Source: Callorhinchus milii (taxonomy: Eukaryota). Taken from it: a DNA stretch of 64,000 nt. The notes under the pieces were generated by a model. That model was given only the letters and a program-made list of their open reading frames with translations, had not been told where the DNA came from and did not search any database. A program made the translations under genes and the position numbers. The stretch lies in NCBI RefSeq assembly GCF_018977255.1, contig NW_024704743.1, positions 56,174,001-56,238,000 of the forward strand, given 5' to 3'. This document shows positions 23,404-37,145 of this stretch, piece after piece (the stretch's first letter is position 1; every line of letters begins with the position of its first letter).

Positions 23404-26019
23404 TGAGGTAGGGCTGAAGAGATCTCATTTTGTCAAAATTGCTCCTAACTATGCATTGTTACTATATTTTGGCTTCTGAACTTTTAAAATTGAGGTAAGG
23501 CAATGTTTCCCCCAAATCATCGAAAATGCTGGGATCTGGGTGGTGTCTTTATGATGGTGTATTAACTGTGCTAATAACTGGATCAAATCTGGTGGTGGAA
23601 ATGTCGGAGGATGCTCCTTCAGAGTAGTTATTATTCAGGACATTTCCAGGAGCATAATGTCTCAATATCAATTTCCCATTTTCGTATTCAGAATTATTAA
23701 TACATTTCAGCCCATTTTTTTAAAACAATTCTGCTGAGTTAGAATGATCTATCCAATGAATGGAATGCATGAGCAGACTCTGAAGAAGGATTGGATGAGA
23801 CGCACTTCCAAATCCAAGACATCATCTACGGTGTAAATTGAGGGCGACTCATTCAGGCTCTAGGGTTGTGAGTTCAGAAACAAGGATCCATCAGAATAAT
23901 TACAAGGAATCAACTTTGCTTTCAGTCAAAATACTAAAACTGGTACCAAAGCTTTTTCATTGCTCACACTAAAATGGTCAATATCAATATATTCATCGAT
24001 CTTCACTTCTGCTTGGCAAATCATTGATGCTGCTCTTCATGGAAGAATAAATTGGTGAATCATTCAATTCTAAGATGTGTACACAATATTCCAGACCTTA
24101 GAGCTCGCCTGTGGAAAATCTTATATAGCTTGCCTACTTGGTGTTGAGTTCGGGGTACCTGTTTTTTAGCAAGCAATAGTTAACGGATTGATTTCTGAGT
24201 GAAAATCCAGTTGTGCTTTTTTATGCAATAGATTTTGCTGATTTAGATTGCAAAGATAATTCAATGTTTCAAAGGTGTGTTCAATGATTTGTTAATAAAG
24301 CTAGCTATCTGGCATTAAAGATTAAAGAATATATTTTTGGAGAAAATTGTTGAAGCCCTGCTGCCGATAATTTCCTGATTTGTATTGCTACAGTAAAAAT
24401 ACATCAGTGTGGTTCACAGCAGTCTCAAAAGTTTCAAATGATCCCGTGCTCATTCAAAGAACAATGTTGTAATTATCTTAACAGCTCCTACTTGCATTAA
24501 AAGGCTAACTCCCAATTTTCAAGATTGGAAATCACAATTCGTGTTAGACTTTAAATTTAGGGGTGGTTATCTGGAATGCATTAACCAAGAGACAGTGGGG
24601 TAGATTTACACACCCAAGAGGGAATTGGGGAACTATCTGGCAAATTTTGAGGGTGAGAGTAATGCCTAAGTTTCATTTTGACTGGATTTTGTTAGGGCTT
24701 TTCCAGATCCTATACGTTCCCATGCTCCTATCTAAGAACTTGTGCTTTACTGCTTATAATAGATCAATTCAGGCTATCTTGATGAGTCTCATTCCTAGTT
24801 TACATAATAAGTTCAGGCTAAGTCACAGCCAGCAAAGTGCTTGAACCTAGAGAAAATTGGAGAAAATGGACAATACTGCATAATATTAGATAAATGTTTA
24901 GAGGGAACAAGAACAGTTTGAGTCTTTATAAATTGTACAGCAGCATGTGGATTATCATATAAAATGCTGTAATAACTTGTCATATCATTAGCAGGTGTTA
25001 CTGTACATGATTTAATCAGACTAATTGGGATTTAACCAACCAGATCCAATCTGTAATTCATCTTTCTATGTCCCACCCGAGGGAAATGCCAACAATTGCA
25101 TCTCTCGTGCCTCCTACTATCAAATATGATAAACAGAAGGTCTGGAAGCTGTGAAGAAGTCTGTAGCCTGTCTGCCTGTGCTCGCAGGTGGAACATCATT
25201 AACCAATGTAAACATCTGTATACACAGTAGAAGGGATTAAATGTGAAGGATTGAAATATTGGAAAATTCATATAGCGAGCTCCCATTTATTCTGTGCTAC
25301 TTCATACAAGTTCTGTAAATGCTAGGCATGCAATACTATAAAGAATATTTTGCATTTATCCTTCCCTCTCCTGCTCTTCCCTCACCCTCTCCCCGCCCCA
25401 AAGCTCAGTTGCTATTGTCCTTATCCAGAGTCATGCAGACCAGGTTTGATCTGTGGCCTCTGCTGATTTAACATGGGCCATTAGCATGGATAAAGCTATT
25501 GTCCTTAGTTCTGGCCTTAGGGTGAAAAAATAGGCAGTGTTCCCTTGCTTTTCGTATGTCTTTTTAAGAAGCGTATGATCCTAAGTGAGAGAACCGTGCT
25601 CGTGTGCACATGTGTTACTTCAGCACAAAATTATGCTTGGCTACAAAGGTTCTTGGTGCTAGTGGAGGTTTATCCAGGTTTATATCATCCTATCAGTAAA
25701 AATCTGTCCAGTCTTGCTACACAGTAAACTTCAATTAGCAAGATTTATCTTTCTTTCTACGTCTGGAAATTATATCCCGACTGAAATCAGGGCCACATTA
25801 TAATAATCAACTCTATGCCTCAGATATTTTGTTAGTGTTGCCAACTTTGCAAATATATCATTTCAAATATGGTAAACACAAAAAATGGTTATTACAGTAA
25901 AAATGTTCATGTGCAATAAAACTGAATAAGTATTTTATATCTTCCATCTGTTTATTCTTCTCTGTGGTGCCTCACTGAAGTGGCCAATCTTCATAAATGA
26001 TGCCAGCGAGTAAGTGTTC

Positions 26020-26200
26020 AATAGCTATTTGAATGTGGGATTATGGCACAAAGCCCAGTCTGCCCTCGCATGTCGTCTACACATCCATACTTTCCATTAG
26101 GGGATCAATGGATAAGAGATGAGGAACGGGAACTCTAGTTGACTTTTATTCGGTTCAAAATACTGAACATTTGCAGCACCTTGACCGATATCAGCTCACG
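26020..26200 (-). mobile_element. Old SINE remnant, AmnSINE2-like by memory
   Basis: Reverse complement has agagttcccgttcctcatctcttatccattgatccc; related remnants at about 25400-25550 and 53095-53210. Confidence 0.4.
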
Positions 26201-26515
26201 TGCAACATTATTTTTCTTGCAACTTCCAACCAACAAAGTCTGGCTTAACTCTCTCTTTTGATCAAATAATTTAAAATTGAGCAGGTCACGCTCCAGCATT
26301 GCTGAACTTTCAGCTCTTCTCATGAAGCATGAGAGAGCTTGGTCGGAGCCCAGTGGGGTTTTTTTTGGCTGAAAGAGGGTTATCTGCTCAGCAGCAGTGT
26401 GAAGGTTACATTGATTGGGACTCAGCCTCAGTCAGCAGTGATAACCGCGAGTGTGTGTGTGTGGTATTCAAATCACCAAAAATGCTCAAATTGTTGGATT
26501 TGTTGCCCCTTTTAG

Positions 26516-26659
<144 letters not shown>

Positions 26660-27579
26660 TAATGCTGTCAAACGCACTTCCAGTATGCAAATCTGATAGG
26701 GTATTATTGGAATAAGCATGCCTGATTATATAAAGAAATGTTCCTGCCAGCCCTGACCGACTGCATGGAACAGCGTTCTAAGGCATTTATTTTGTTAAGA
26801 CCCAGCTAACATCTCATTGTTGACTAGGATGAAGCTTTTTTGTTCCACCCTCCCACGTGCACTCACACATACATGCCAACACACTCCTTATCTACTAAAA
26901 TCCCAGGACTGCTTTACGTTTTGCGTAATCACCACAAACATTGCTGGATAAATGGTCATACCGTGGGTTTGAACTGTTCACTTTATTAGAAACCTTGTTA
27001 GGAAATGTGCTACAGTTTCCATTTCCCACATCAGCAATGCTTACTGGCACAACCAGGTGCTGCTAACCACGATCAATGTTAGAGCTTATCCCTCTATAAT
27101 AAGACACCCACCCGGCTGATAAAAAAAATAACCTCCTCTTTAAGAGAATATTTCTGTTGAATAAATATATATTGCAAATTCTGAACAATTTTCCATCTAT
27201 ATTTAAGAGGAAACTTGATGCACATGTGAAGGAAAGATAATAGAGGAGATGAGGGGAGGGGATTATGATTATTATAAACAGCGGCACAGTCTTGCTGGGC
27301 TGAATGGCTGGCTTGTTTCTGTGTCATAACATTCTAAATTTTATACCTGAATAATGCTAGTTGCAAATGGAAACAGATAATAATCCTTACATTTGATGTA
27401 ACGTCTTATCAAGTCTTTCAGACGTTTCAAAGCTCTTCAAAATGATAGCTAATATACTTGGTTCCAGTCAAAGAAATATTTAAAAATTTTCATTTATTAG
27501 AATTTGCATGTTCTTCAGACATAGCCTTTATCTTCTTTCTCTCCCCACCCCCCCACCATGGAAATTAATAAACTTACAG

Positions 27580-27880
27580 CAGGATCACCTTCAAAGCCCT
27601 CTATGGCCTTGCTCCCCCCTACCTCAGCGACCTCCTAACCCCCTACCAACTTGCCTGATCCCTCTGCTCAGGGGGCTCCGGCCTGCTTCACGTCCCCCAC
27701 CTCGCCTGCCCAACCATTGGCAGGTGAGCCTCAGCCACTCTGCCCCCACCCTCTGGAACTCCATCCCGCAGACCCTCCGCCTCGCCACCTCCCTTGTCTC
27801 CTTCAATACCCGACTCAAGACCCTCCTGTTCGACTGTGCCTTCGATCACCCTCCTTCCTACCTCTCTTTTCCATCCAAGG
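27580..27880 (+). mobile_element. L2 3' fragment
   Basis: SHSAPTLWNSIPQTLRLATSLVSFNTRLKTLLFD. Confidence 0.88.
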
Positions 27881-27949
27881 TTCTACATTTTGTCTTTAGT
27901 TTTTTGCTCTGCATTGATTGGAAAGGTTAAGTTGGTTAATATATGTCAG

Positions 27950-28428
27950 TTGGTTTGAGTCAGAACTTTCTGGTTCTGGCCCCACAATGAGACTTTGAGC
28001 TTAGTCAAAGGCTGACACTCCAATCCAATGGTTCAGAGTGACCTGAACTGTCAGATGAAATGGCCCCTTCTGCCTGTTGAGTTGGATATTAAAGATCCCA
28101 TGACACTGCTCAAAAGGAAAAAGGACTTTCTCTGCTGTCCTGGTCATCGACACTCCAGATAAAATTGGTCAAAATATACAATCCACTTTACAATATATTC
28201 TGTGAAGCACTTTGCGACACCTCAATGATTTGATAAGACAATATATTCTTATATTATGCATATTATATAATGCAAGTATTATTTACTTTGTGGCTGTTTA
28301 TGGGCTATCGCTGTACACAAATTGGCTGTCACATTTGCCCCACAAATAGTCACAATACAGCAAGCTCTGAAGCGCTGAGATATTTTGATATCATCGGTGT
28401 TACATCACATGCAAAGATTCTTATTACT
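27950..28428 (+). mobile_element. Deu-domain SINE with a duplicated or nested 3' half
   Basis: tgagtcagaa head remnant, aaagatcccatgacact core; tail motif appears twice (about 28200-28282 and 28366-28425). Confidence 0.6.
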
Positions 28429-28431
28429 AAC
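28425..28431 (+). promoter_or_regulatory. Perfect TACTAAC branch-point sequence for the exon at 28456
   Basis: Branch A at 28430, 25 nt upstream of the acceptor G at 28455. Confidence 0.7.
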
Positions 28432-28455
28432 TTGTGATATTGTTTGTTCATGTAG

Positions 28456-28544
28456 TTTGCCATTATACAGTTCATGAACGCTGTGTGGCCAGGGCCCCTT
28501 CCTCCTGTATCAACACCTATGTCAAGTCAAAAAAGAATACAGCT
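28456..28544 (+). CDS. DGKB: DGK beta exon, C1A second part ([30 protein letters not shown])
   Basis: tgtag| acceptor with TACTAAC branch point upstream, |gtgagt donor; 89 nt, phase 1 to 0. Confidence 0.96.
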
Positions 28545-28641
28545 GTGAGTTACCTTTGTTACTTACTTTTTGCCAAGATCTGCAATTTAAATTTAAATTG
28601 TGCATTTCCTCTAACATGTGTGACCTATGTGCCTCCCACAG

Positions 28642-28758
28642 ATAATGCATCACTTTTGGGTGGAAGGAAACTGTCCAAAGAAATGTGACAAATGCCATAA
28701 AACCATCAAGTGCTATCAAGGTCTGACTGGTCTTCACTGTGTGTGGTGTCAAATTACT
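28642..28758 (+). CDS. DGKB: DGK beta exon, C1B ([39 protein letters not shown])
   Basis: cacag| acceptor, |gtaagt donor; 117 nt; follows a 97-nt intron. Confidence 0.97.
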
Positions 28759-31700
28759 GTAAGTACTCTATGGCTTATCCAATCAAAGAATTCAAACGCT
28801 GAGACACTGGAGTTTAATGTGCGGAGATTTCTAATGGGAATTTTTAATGAGATATCCAAGTGGAGATTCCTTCTGGTGACTGGCAGCACGTCAGGTCGAC
28901 CTAAGAGAACTCTGCTCTAAAAATAGATTTTTTTTCTATCAGAGTGGAATTCAAATCAGTCTCGTGACTTGCTCTCCAGTTTTCCCTCTTATTAAAGGAG
29001 GAACTTGCATTTTTATAGTGTCTTCTGAAATGTCTCAAAGCTCTTAATAATTGCCAACAAGTGTAGTGACTTTTTTGTAGAAGCAACAAAGGGATAAAAT
29101 GACTAACCATAGGTCAATGAATTTAACATCAGTTATCAGCAAATTCCCAAAGCCAACAGGAACCAAGTAACTGAGTATCTGGTTAAAATGAACTGAGTAG
29201 GGAGAGATGGCATGTTATTTTTAAATGTTTTTTATATTGTATAGTTTAAAAGGAAAATGGCATTTTGCCCTGGAGAAAAATACTTTCCGATGTTTCCCAC
29301 CATCTCTCTATCCTAAAGACATCTGATTTTTTGGGGTTACCCTCCAGTGTCTTGCCCAAGTGACTGTTTTTGTGGGCAATTTCAGCAATTTCCATATAGT
29401 GATATCCCACAGATGAAGCAAATGTTTTTTTTAATCTAGGATTATTGACTAATTCCTCCTCTTTTTGAAGATTCTCATGGAATCTTTAAATCCACTCGAA
29501 CAAGGAGACAGCAGCTTGATTTAATATTTCATCTGAAGAATGGCATCTCCAATAATGCAGTGCTCCTTAGCCCTGGTATTGGAGTATTAGCCTAGACTAT
29601 GATTTTAAAGTCCAGACATGGGGCTTGAACCCACGACTGAGGCGACAACTGACATCTCCAGCTATCAGTTATGAAACTGTGAAAACTGCCCTACTATGTA
29701 ACTGGATATGTTCTACAGCATTGGGGAGCACAGTACACCACAGAAACAGATTGTTCAACTGATCAAGTCTATACTGTTGACGTTACCAAAGGGGCAGTGC
29801 ATTCTCCTTTACAATTGATGCATATTTTCAAGTCGTTCTTCAATTTAAACACAGCATGTGATATTAAATAATACTCCTAACATTTGATGTAGTGCTTTTA
29901 TATAAAAATGACTCAAAGTGCTTCACAGCTAATTGCTGTGAAGACTAGTGACGGTATTTGTAGACAATTCGCCCAAATTCCCCAAATACGACTGATATAA
30001 TGCTGTCCTGGGCTTCTCTTTTAATGAACTGTCTCACTTTAAAGATTGCTGTTAACCTGTGATCTCTGAACACAGCAGAACTTCCCATATATTGTGTGGG
30101 GGACACTTTGGATTGATTATCATTACTCAGTGCTTTCTGCCACGTTTAAGCCCTGCATTCAAATTGTACGATTGCTGGATGCATCCCAACAATTGCAGCT
30201 CTGGAAATAATAAACTGCTAGCAAGTCGGAACGGGTGGTATTTACAGTGTGATGTGTATTCTTGCCTTGTAGTGACGCAGAATCACGTCATCCTTTTCAC
30301 AGCGCATGCCAATCATTTCTGCTGCCTAACATCTGGTGCGGATCTTTTATCTGCGCTGTTTGATCTGCGTTACTTCCTGCCTTAGATGTCTTGTACCCAA
30401 TGCAAGTGGGCTCCAGTTGAAAATAAGCAGTTCAAAGCAGCCTAGCTGATTTTTTTTAAAAAAAAGTTATTTTAGTGCCCTGCAGGTCTGAAGAAAGAAA
30501 TTGAGAACCTGCTGTTAGATCTGTAACTAGTTTTTGATTCTCTCTATGTGGATAAGAACAAGACCCATTTCACGAATACAATCAGAGTTTTAATGGAGGG
30601 ATTTGGTAATTTTTCTAGCTAAGCCTGCATGCTGCCGAGTTACTAATGCTAATTATGACTGCATTTCAATAGTTCAATGAGGCGCATTTATTTAATGCTG
30701 TATTGCCTGGTGAGCATTAATTAGTGTACAAGTAGCCGAGCCACTGGGGTTGGGAATTAGCGTGACAAATGTGTGAGATTACAATGCTACTGAATTGCAC
30801 CACAATGAGGCCTTGCTGTCCTTGGCAAATTAACCCTAGTTGGATTGTAATTTTCTGTTGCTAAGTTACCCGTTGTGAGTGAACTTCTGTGCGTAGATGT
30901 CTGTGTGCACCAGTCAGAGGTCAGGCATTCAATTTGCGACTGAACCTTTAGTGCTAACTTGCTCCACAGTTAACAAGAACTCCTGATAAGACTGTGTTTA
31001 AGAAACTATTCAAATGCCCCTATGTTTGAGAGGTCAAATGCGTGCCCATCAATTTCCTGCAAAATTTCTGATCATTCTTGGTCATATTTATAACTGGAAA
31101 TCTATAAAGACTTTAGCAAAAAAACTGATTGCTATTTTTGGAGATCAGAATATGTAAGCCTCTGTATGACTGCAGACGACTAACTTTATTTTTACGTCTG
31201 AGGAATTGTAATATCGATCATAATATTCTAAAGATCTTTAATTATTAAAAATGTTTCTCTTGCACTTTATCAATTTTTTATGCATTGGGACGTCCTCCCT
31301 ATGTGAAAGGTACTAAGACGAATGCAATTTGTTGTTGTTGAGGGCATTATGTAGTTGAGCACCAAGTTTGAGACTCCCTCCTATATTAACTCACATATTG
31401 ACCACTGGAAACCTATTGCTGTTTATCGTATGATAACCCCTAAATGCTCTTGAATATTTCTCAGGTCAGTCTTTAGCTTTCTCATGTTCTCACACTCATG
31501 AGGCTGAGCCCAGTTGCTTAGGAGGATACTCCTAGTTTGATAATTACCATAAAACTTGCTAATACTCGTAAGCAATGTGTTTAACATTTTATGTAAATAA
31601 TTCTGACCAATTTGGAGCAGACTTTAAATCACAGACTTATCTCCACATCTACTTTTCAACAAAGGAAATGCACCACTTATCTCCATTTTTCTGGGTTGCT

Positions 31701-32072
31701 GAGCAACCTGCAGTTTTCTTTGCTTCCAAACTTGAGGTCATCATTTTGTTTTACTTTACTTGCATTATGTAGGAACTGGTGGCTGATAATTTTTAAAATA
31801 TTTGTATTGAGACAAAGATGAATCAAGACATGTGGGGGGATTGTAGAGATTTCTAAAAGTATTCGGTTTAAGGATTTCCCCTTATCCCTTAATGCACTAG
31901 GGGGGCATTGTATTGTTACTGTTGCTTTTTGTCTTGGTTGTACGACCCAACATAAATCCTGGCTGCCCATAGGTCATTACAACTCTTGAGATCTTTACTG
32001 TGTCTCTGATCACCCCAAAGCTTAGGCTGGTCAAACATGCATGAGATTTTGTGCGACTACACTGGATTATGT

Positions 32073-32429
32073 GGAGTCCTGTAGTTTAATGGTTAAGGCA
32101 CTTGCCTTGCAGCGAGAGGACCCGAGTTTGATTCCCAGGCAGGGCAACCTTAAGCAAGCTTCCTTACTTCACATGCCTCTGTTTACCCAGCAGTACGTAG
32201 GAATCCAGTTGTTAGTCAATTAGCAGATTGCTCCCCAGAGGTAATAATTCCTTAATAAATAAATAAAATAATAATTTGGTCACAATCCACGACTGTTTGT
32301 GGGACCCTGGCTGCTATGTTTTGCTCAGAAAATACACTCAATCCATTCACCAGTATATTCTGTAAAGCGCTTTGAGACATCTTGAATACATCAGACGGTA
32401 TATCAAATGTAAGTATTAGGATTATTATT
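32073..32429 (+). mobile_element. tRNA-headed SINE (long form)
   Basis: ggagtcctgtagtttaatggttaaggcacttgccttgcagcgag head; same body and tail as the 10007 copy. Confidence 0.85.
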
Positions 32430-32632
32430 CCGTTAGATATTGTTTATGCCACAAGATGCTTTTTTTTAAAGTAGTGGTGAGGCATCAATATTATTACTTT
32501 TCTAAGATGTGCTTTCTTTTACCCACACTGTTCTCTCTTTCCAAAGGGTAACCTCTGATTTAGATATGTTAGTGTCACTGTAGAATAAGATTAACTGGTG
32601 TTCAAATGATTAAATATCTTAAAATTCAGGTT

Positions 32633-33018
32633 AATCACCTTCAAAGCCCTCCATGGCCTTGTTGCCCCCTACTCTGCAAATTGCTGACCCCCTACTAACT
32701 TGCCCGCGCTCTCCGCTCAGTGGGTTCCAGCTTGCTTCACGTCCCCTGCCTTGCCTGCCCCACCATTAATGGGCGAGCCTTCAGTCACTCGGCCCTTACC
32801 CTCTGGAACTCCATTCCGCAGTCCCCCTCCCTTGCCTCCTTCAAGACCCATCTCAAGAGGCTCATGTTTGACCGTTCCTTCGGGCACCCTCCTTCCCCCT
32901 CCTGCCCTCCACCCTCCCCGATCCCGACCCCAGCTCGTGTCTGAAACACTAATTGTTCAGCACCTTGGGACATCCTCCCGACGTGTAAGGTGCTATACAA
33001 ATGTAATGCTGTTGTTGT
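32633..33018 (+). mobile_element. L2 3' fragment with tail
   Basis: GRAFSHSALTLWNSIPQ...SFKTHLK; ends ggacatcctcccgacgtgtaaggtgctatacaaatgtaatgctgttgttg. Confidence 0.88.
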
Positions 33019-34159
33019 ATTGTATAGAATGTTACAGCACTGAAACAGACCGTTTGGACGAATATTCTGTGCTGCTGCTTATGCTCCATATTAGCCTCCA
33101 CACCTCCTAATTCCCTTTTCCTATCTGTCTCCCATACTTCTCTGCTCCCTTCTTTCTCATACTTGGGGTTAGGCTATAAAAAGAAAATAATTCTTAACAA
33201 TTTTTAAATATTGTCTATCAAATAGTGAAATATGGCATCGGAATATCATCTGTATCATGTAAAATGTGTAATTAATCTTGGAATACATGCTAATGTAGAA
33301 CAGCAGCTCCTTGCTGTAGTGTTTTCAGATCTTTAATTGTTCATTTGAGGTTTATTTCATGGATTATGTAGTTGGAAGAGAGATTCATTCATCCAGTACT
33401 TGACACAGGAGACGTGCTTTGACAGCTTTAGCACAATTACATTACTCAAAAGGCTTGGATGAATACCTAAGGATCTGCAGTATTAGGATTGAAACGCTCA
33501 TCTAGAAATGAGGGTTTTCATAACTTTAATAGGTATATGAGTGGGCTCTTACATTGGTTCAGTGAACCACAGTTCTGAGCTTTAGGTTAGCTGGGCTTGA
33601 CTCTTTCTTCAGTAAAGTTAAATATGGCAATAAAGAGTTTTGCATATGCACTCTGAATGTGTATCGGCAGACTGAAAGCAAAAAAGATACGTGAGTTGGG
33701 TATTCCTCAAACCAGCGCTAAAATTCTGGGCATTAATTCCATTCACCTACAAATAACTTTACAACAAAATCATGTGAAGAGCTTTGAGATGTTTTGATAA
33801 TGTGATAAGATGCTATATCAAATGCAAGGATTATTATGTTAACTATCTTATTAACAAATCTAAACTCTAAATAAAAACGGTAGGTGTGCTTGTAGGAATG
33901 GTGGAAAGCTTCTCTTTTAGTCTTGCTAAAATGCCACTAACAGAAACTCCTAAATTTGTGTTTGTGCTTTAAACTCCATTTGCCTTTTTAAGCTTTTCAT
34001 CATTTATTCTTACACCATATTATTATTATTATTAGTCCAAGTTGTTCCATTTAATTCACTGTATGTTGCACTAAGCCAGGAATGTTGATCGCAATTATTC
34101 TAATATCAATGGAAACACGCGCATTGTATGCTTCAACTCTGAAGTAGAGGTTATTGCAG

Positions 34160-34582
34160 GACAATTTATATTTATATAGTGCTTTCATGTTGGAAAGATG
34201 TTCTCAAAGACCTTGACAGTGCTCAAAAGGCACCTGAGCTGGGGGTGGGAGCCGAGATTTGTGGGAGGGGAGAGATGTTGAAAGAGCTATAGTTTTGAGG
34301 TGCCTTGAACGAGAGGTGGTAGGGATGGAATTTCAGAGAGCGGGAGCAGAATGGCTGAAAGCCCAACAGCTGATTTGTGGGTGGAATAGGGAGGGGACAT
34401 GAAGTAAACCAGGTTTAAGATTAATAATAATTAATCTTTGCATTTGATAGAGCATCTTATCACGTCATTGAGACATCTCAAAGCGCTTCACAGGATATAC
34501 TGTAAAGTGTATTTTGTAGGTGAAACAGCCCAGTGCTCACAGCAATGTCCCACACAGCCAGGGTTTGAGTGATCAATTTTTG
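34160..34582 (-). mobile_element. L2 3' fragment (about 34160-34412) abutting a SINE 3' half (about 34420-34582)
   Basis: gatggaatttcagagagcgggagcagaatggctgaaagcc (reverse of AFSHSAPALWNSI); SINE tail reverse complement taatctttgcatttgatagagc. Confidence 0.7.
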
Positions 34583-34674
34583 TTAGATTAATTTATTCAG
34601 TTAATAATTAGTTAGTTTAATTAATTATTTAGATAAATTAAGATTTTTTCCAATGTTATTCCTCTTTTTTACAG

Positions 34675-34773
34675 CTGCATAACAAATGTGCTTCCCACGT
34701 GAAACCTGAATGTGATTTGGGACCACTGATAGATCATATTTTACCACCGTCTTCCATCTGCCCGCTTGTACTG
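34675..34773 (+). CDS. DGKB: DGK beta exon, end of C1B ([33 protein letters not shown])
   Basis: tttacag| acceptor, |gtaagt donor; 99 nt. Confidence 0.96.
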
Positions 34774-36759
34774 GTAAGTTGCTTGTGTTAACATCTCAGT
34801 GCTGGTCTAGCTTCCAATATCACACTGGTCAGTCCTGGATTTTCTTCATAGTAAAGAGATGGGAAAAAAATCTCAAGTTTTCACAGAAGACCAGTGCAGT
34901 AACTAACTGCGAGTTTATGGTGCAGAATTCACATCTGTCTATTGATTTGATTTAGAAGTGAAGTAAGCTTGAAGGCTGTTAACAGTTTCCCACGTCACTG
35001 AGCAGTCAGAGAGCGTCTATATATTATATTGAAATTTAATTATGAAGAAAGTAAATCTTTAAAACAATATTGACAGAGTAAAATATAACCTGTTGCTTGA
35101 TCTTAATATTAATTGGTTCTTTCATCGAGGGCCATTTGTGCTGTAAACCATTGGAAAGTAACTGAACCCTTGTGCAGTTTTGATACGTGACCATGTCATT
35201 TGACATTTCCAGCAAGGTTTATTAAAGGTGGTTTCAGCTGTACAAGCACAGAGGAGGGAAGCAATTTTTTCCCACACATAAACGAGCAATGATTTAATAT
35301 TTGTTTTAGTAACAAATTTGAGCTACGTATCTAACCCATTATTTGCTATAACATTGTCTGCTAATTCTAGTGAATTTTGCCTTCCACACTTGTAATGGAA
35401 AATGTTCCTGTTAACTAGGAAACTAAATGTGTGCTGACGCTAGTGAACAGTGATCATTGTGTGGGTTCATATAAGTTTTTAGGGTGGCAACAGTACTAGT
35501 GGTGATCAGCTTCCCCTCTCCTATATGTTGCCTGTTCTCCTAAAGACAGTTAGAAATACAGAATCCCAGCCAAATGTGGCTGTTGATTTTAAAACAATAC
35601 AGTATTTTAATTGAATAGGAAGAATTTAAAAAAGGTGTGGGGGGAAAAAAAAAGTAGTGAATAAATTTAAATTAGATATATTCAGTGGAGGACCAGTGTA
35701 ACTTCCAAAGGTTGAATGACCTTCTGTGCCGTAATTTCTACAAAGACATTGACTTCTACTGGGGGACCGTTTTACTCCCAAATTTCTATTTGCATGCGAG
35801 TCAGGATAATAAAGGTCTAAAACAAGCTATTCTTGACCTCATGGAAACCATCATCCTCTGATTTCCCCTTCCAACATTTCCTTGTTTCAGGCTTTGAATT
35901 GCTCAAGCTTCCAGGCCTCCCTCTCCAATTCAATGGTGCTCAGTTTGAGTCCTGGTGCTCAGTTTGACCCTCAGCTGTCCTTGTCCCCTCTTATCCTGTC
36001 CCTGAACAATAGCACTTTTCTTCATGTTCTCTACATCAACTCCTCCCATCCCTATGTCACCCCAAATGCAGTTGAAACTTTCATTCACCTTTTCATCATC
36101 TCCACACTCAACTTCTCAAATTCCCTGCTCGCTGGCTTCTCCAGTTCATCCCAAACTTTGCTGCCTAAATCCTTACACATATGAAACTTTGTCCCCTCCA
36201 TCACTTCCATCCTCACAAGGCTTCACTAGGCTCAGAGGAGCTTTTTCAACTTTTCTATACCTGGGATTAAACCTTGAACCTTAGTTTTGAGCAGCTCATT
36301 TACACAGATGTTAGGTTTATTAACAATGATGTCTTGGAAGACCAACAGTTAATGATGAATAGTAATTAAAAATGAACAGCCCTTAAGTGCTCTGAGGTGT
36401 GGAAATGGCTCGAAGGGCTGAATTGTCTTTTTCCACGTTCTTTTACGTGCAAGAAATTATAAAAATATTCCAGTTATTTTCATGATCTTTTCAGAATATT
36501 TAATCAAAAAAATCACATTGACTTTTGTCAATCTTCGCTTTTCCCTTCCTCCCCCATCCACTTTCAGAATAACTTGCAGCACTCCACAGATGCCCGTGTG
36601 ACAGAATTTGCGTTTCCGTTCCGGAGCCTGATTGAAACTTAAAGTAGAAGTAAAACCTTATCACACAGCCTTGCTGAAGTTTAATCTGCTCTGAACTCGA
36701 TAGAAGAAAATATTTCTTTGCTAAAAAAGAAAATTGTTTCTGTGAATTCAGATGAAATA

Positions 36760-37145
36760 TTAATCTCACATTTGATATAGCACCTTTCATGTCGTTGAGA
36801 CATCTCAAGGCGCTTCACAGGATACACTGTAAAGTGGATTGACTATTTTGTGAGTGAAACACAGCAGCCAGTTGCACACAGAAATGTCCCACAAATAGTC
36901 ATGGAGTAAGTGACTAATTTTATTTGGTGGATTATTAGCCAGAACACCAGGAAAAACTCCCTTCTCTTTTGAAATTATGCCATTGGAACTTTAATATCCA
37001 CCTAAACACGCAGACAGGATCTTGGTTAAACGTATCAACCAAAAGAATGCACTTCCGATAATGCAGCACACCCCTAGCACTGTATTGAAGTGTTGGCTTA
37101 GATTATGTGATTCCAGGTCCTGACGTGGGCCTTGAACCGACAATC
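36760..37145 (-). mobile_element. Deu-domain SINE
   Basis: Reverse complement contains tail, Deu core (gccattggaactttaatatccacct on +) and head remnant (ttgaacc on +). Confidence 0.7.

Noticed and set aside
34711..34722. CDLG instead of human CDCG after C1B as a lost zinc ligand
   Set aside because: The final C1 ligand is the preceding Cys (KPEC), which is present; the next position varies among DGKs.
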